Translations under genes and position numbers: made by a program
Part shown: piece after piece, positions 30,631-32,000 of the stretch
Position numbering within the stretch: the first letter of the stretch is position 1
Layout of the letters: each line of letters opens with the position of its first letter
Source of the DNA: Pyrobaculum aerophilum str. IM2
GTDB taxonomy: Archaea > Thermoproteota > Thermoprotei > Thermoproteales > Thermoproteaceae
Direction of reading: 5' to 3'
Assembly: GCF_000007225.1 (NCBI RefSeq)
Contig: NC_003364.1
Coordinates: 1,530,001 to 1,562,000 of the forward strand
Length of the DNA stretch: 32,000 nucleotides
The notes under the pieces: generated by a model
Seen by the model: the letters and a program-made list of their open reading frames with translations, nothing else
The model's database searches: none
Told to the model about the DNA's origin: nothing

Positions 30631-32000
30631 ATGTATGACGTTGTAGTCCTCGGGGGCGGCAGCGCTGGCGTGGCCGCCGCCGTGAAGGCGGCGCAACTAG
30701 GGGCTAAAGTAGCCGTTGTAAACTCAGGGCCTCTCGGGGGTACTTGTGTTAATGTTGGCTGTGTGCCCAGCAAATTTCTCATCAGAGCGGCTCAGCTAAA
30801 ACGCTACGCAGAACGCCCCTTCTTCAAGGGCATTTCCGCCAAAGTGGAGGTGGCTTTTGACGCGCTGTTGCAACACATGAAGGAAGTGGTGGAGGAGTTG
30901 CGCAGGGAGAAATACGAGGAGGTTTTGAAGTATTACGACGTCGACATTATAGAGGGATACGGCTACTTAAAAGATGCAAAGACCGTGAAAGTAGGGGAGA
31001 GGGAGGTGCGGGGCGAGAAGATAATAGTGGCCACTGGGGCCAGGCCTAGGGTGCCTGAGATCCCGGGCCTTAAAGAGGCCATGGCGCGAGGGATGGCCTT
31101 CACCAACGAGGAGTTTTTTAAACTTGATCATATGCCCAGCTCTATAGTGTTTATCGGCGGCGGCGCCATAGCCGCCGAGCTGTCGCAAGCGCTGGCGAGG
31201 CTGGGGATAGAGGTGGCCGTAATATACCGCAGCTCTTTTTTAAAATACGAGGAGGAGATTGCCTCCAAATTCGTCGAAGAGCTTTTAGCAAACGAAGGCG
31301 TCCGCTTAATAAAAGCCGCGGTCACTGCGGTGGAAATTAGGGGCAGGGAGGTGGAGGTGAGACACTCAGGGGGCTCCGTTAGGGCCGAGGCCCTCTTCGT
31401 GGCGGCTGGAAGGGCGCCCAATATTGAGCCGCTTGGGGGCCTCCTAAAACTGGGGCCTAACGGCGGCGTTTTAGTCAACGAGAGGATGGAGACCTCCCTC
31501 CCAGGCGTTTACGCCGCGGGAGACGTCACGGGGGGTTTAGAGGGCGCGCGCTTCTTAGAAAACGCCGCCGCCAGACAAGGCGTTGTGGCGGCGGTAAACG
31601 CCATGGGGGGAAATGCCAAGTTCAACCCCCTGGCGGTTCCCCGCGTGGTCTTCACAGATCCGGCAGTCGCCAGCGTGGGCCTCAGGGAGGAGGACATGAT
31701 TAAAGGCGGCATAGGGTGTCGTTGTAGAGCCGCGCCTATTGAGGCAGTCGCGGCAGGGTGGACTAAGGGGCAGACAACGGGGTTTATAAAAATCAACACA
31801 TACCCAGAGACTTGGAAAGTATCTGTAAAGAGGGGGAAAATAGCGGGAGCTTTAGTCGTTGCGCCGGAGGCAGAGGAGTTAATAAACGTCTTCGCCATGG
31901 CGATTCAGCTGGGGCTCACGGTAGAAGACTTGATTGAGTGGCTACCCAGTTTCCCCTCTTACGGAGAGGCCCTGAGGCTGGCCGCGCTTGCCTTTTATAC
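30631..32000 (+). CDS. Class-I pyridine-nucleotide-disulfide oxidoreductase, MerA/Lpd-like (3' end outside the window)
   Basis: MYDVVVLGGGSAGVAAA followed by the redox-active GGTCVNVGCVPSK, then a second dinucleotide fold VFIGGGAIAAEL and YAAGDV. I translated it by hand and the frame stays open to the window edge. Confidence 0.85.
   Translation, partial: MYDVVVLGGGSAGVAAAVKAAQLGAKVAVVNSGPLGGTCVNVGCVPSKFLIRAAQLKRYAERPFFKGISAKVEVAFDALLQHMKEVVEELRREKYEEVLKYYDVDIIEGYGYLKDAKTVKVGEREVRGEKIIVATGARPRVPEIPGLKEAMARGMAFTNEEFFKLDHMPSSIVFIGGGAIAAELSQALARLGIEVAVIYRSSFLKYEEEIASKFVEELLANEGVRLIKAAVTAVEIRGREVEVRHSGGSVRAEALFVAAGRAPNIEPLGGLLKLGPNGGVLVNERMETSLPGVYAAGDVTGGLEGARFLENAAARQGVVAAVNAMGGNAKFNPLAVPRVVFTDPAVASVGLREEDMIKGGIGCRCRAAPIEAVAAGWTKGQTTGFIKINTYPETWKVSVKRGKIAGALVVAPEAEELINVFAMAIQLGLTVEDLIEWLPSFPSYGEALRLAALAFY

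Noticed and set aside
31128-31898. Minus-strand ORFs 31128-31478 and 31509-31898.
   Set aside because: They are antisense shadows of the MerA-like oxidoreductase. Its plus-strand frame is open and motif-rich from 30631 to the window edge.
1-32000. CRISPR arrays, rRNA/tRNA genes, and transposases or integrases.
   Set aside because: I saw no regularly spaced short repeats, no tRNA-like T-arm or acceptor patterns in intergenic regions, and no DDE or tyrosine-recombinase-like translations. The only mobile-element-like signals are the compositional island and the PaREP1 remnant.

Overview
This window looks like a crenarchaeal chromosome segment of Thermoproteaceae type. Support: a PaREP1-family gene, TATA-like boxes about 20-25 nt upstream of ATGs (suggesting leaderless mRNAs), and many 4-nt ATGA/GTGA gene overlaps. 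Almost all of it is sulfur metabolism.

Gene content:
- Dissimilatory sulfate/sulfite reduction: the 3' part of aprA, sat, two divergent dsrAB operons in inverted orientation, dsrC, dsrM and dsrK.
- Siroheme supply: a cobA-type methyltransferase, two HemD-like genes and a CbiA/DsrN-like gene.
- A low-GC assimilatory module of about 5.3 kb: sir, an Fe-S-type cysH, a TauE/SafE permease, a ThiS/MoaD-like carrier and a tandem rhodanese.
- Sulfur-relay proteins (two TusA, two DsrE-like), an SQR/NDH-2-like flavoprotein with a DUF1641 partner, and a MerA-like disulfide reductase running off the right edge.

Main observations:
1. A translationally coupled TusA / SelD-like-acylphosphatase fusion / DsrE-like operon with a divergent second TusA. 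I propose it as a candidate uncharacterised ATP-dependent sulfur-activation system.
2. A 1016-bp apparently perfect inverted repeat inside the two otherwise strongly diverged dsrAB operons, flanking an 11,997-bp spacer. This suggests gene conversion and a possible invertible, domain-swapping segment.
3. A ~175-nt element of about 84% GC that folds into nested hairpins. It sits exactly where the first Fe-S motif of dsrK should be.
4. Three clean in-frame TAG codons, one in aprA and two in dsrK, all in the context TAG-RRW-ATT.
5. Homopolymer-associated frameshifts in the CbiA/DsrN-like gene and in the PaREP1 gene.

I recognised no rRNA, tRNA, CRISPR array or transposase. All family assignments come from reading motifs in the translations, not from database searches.
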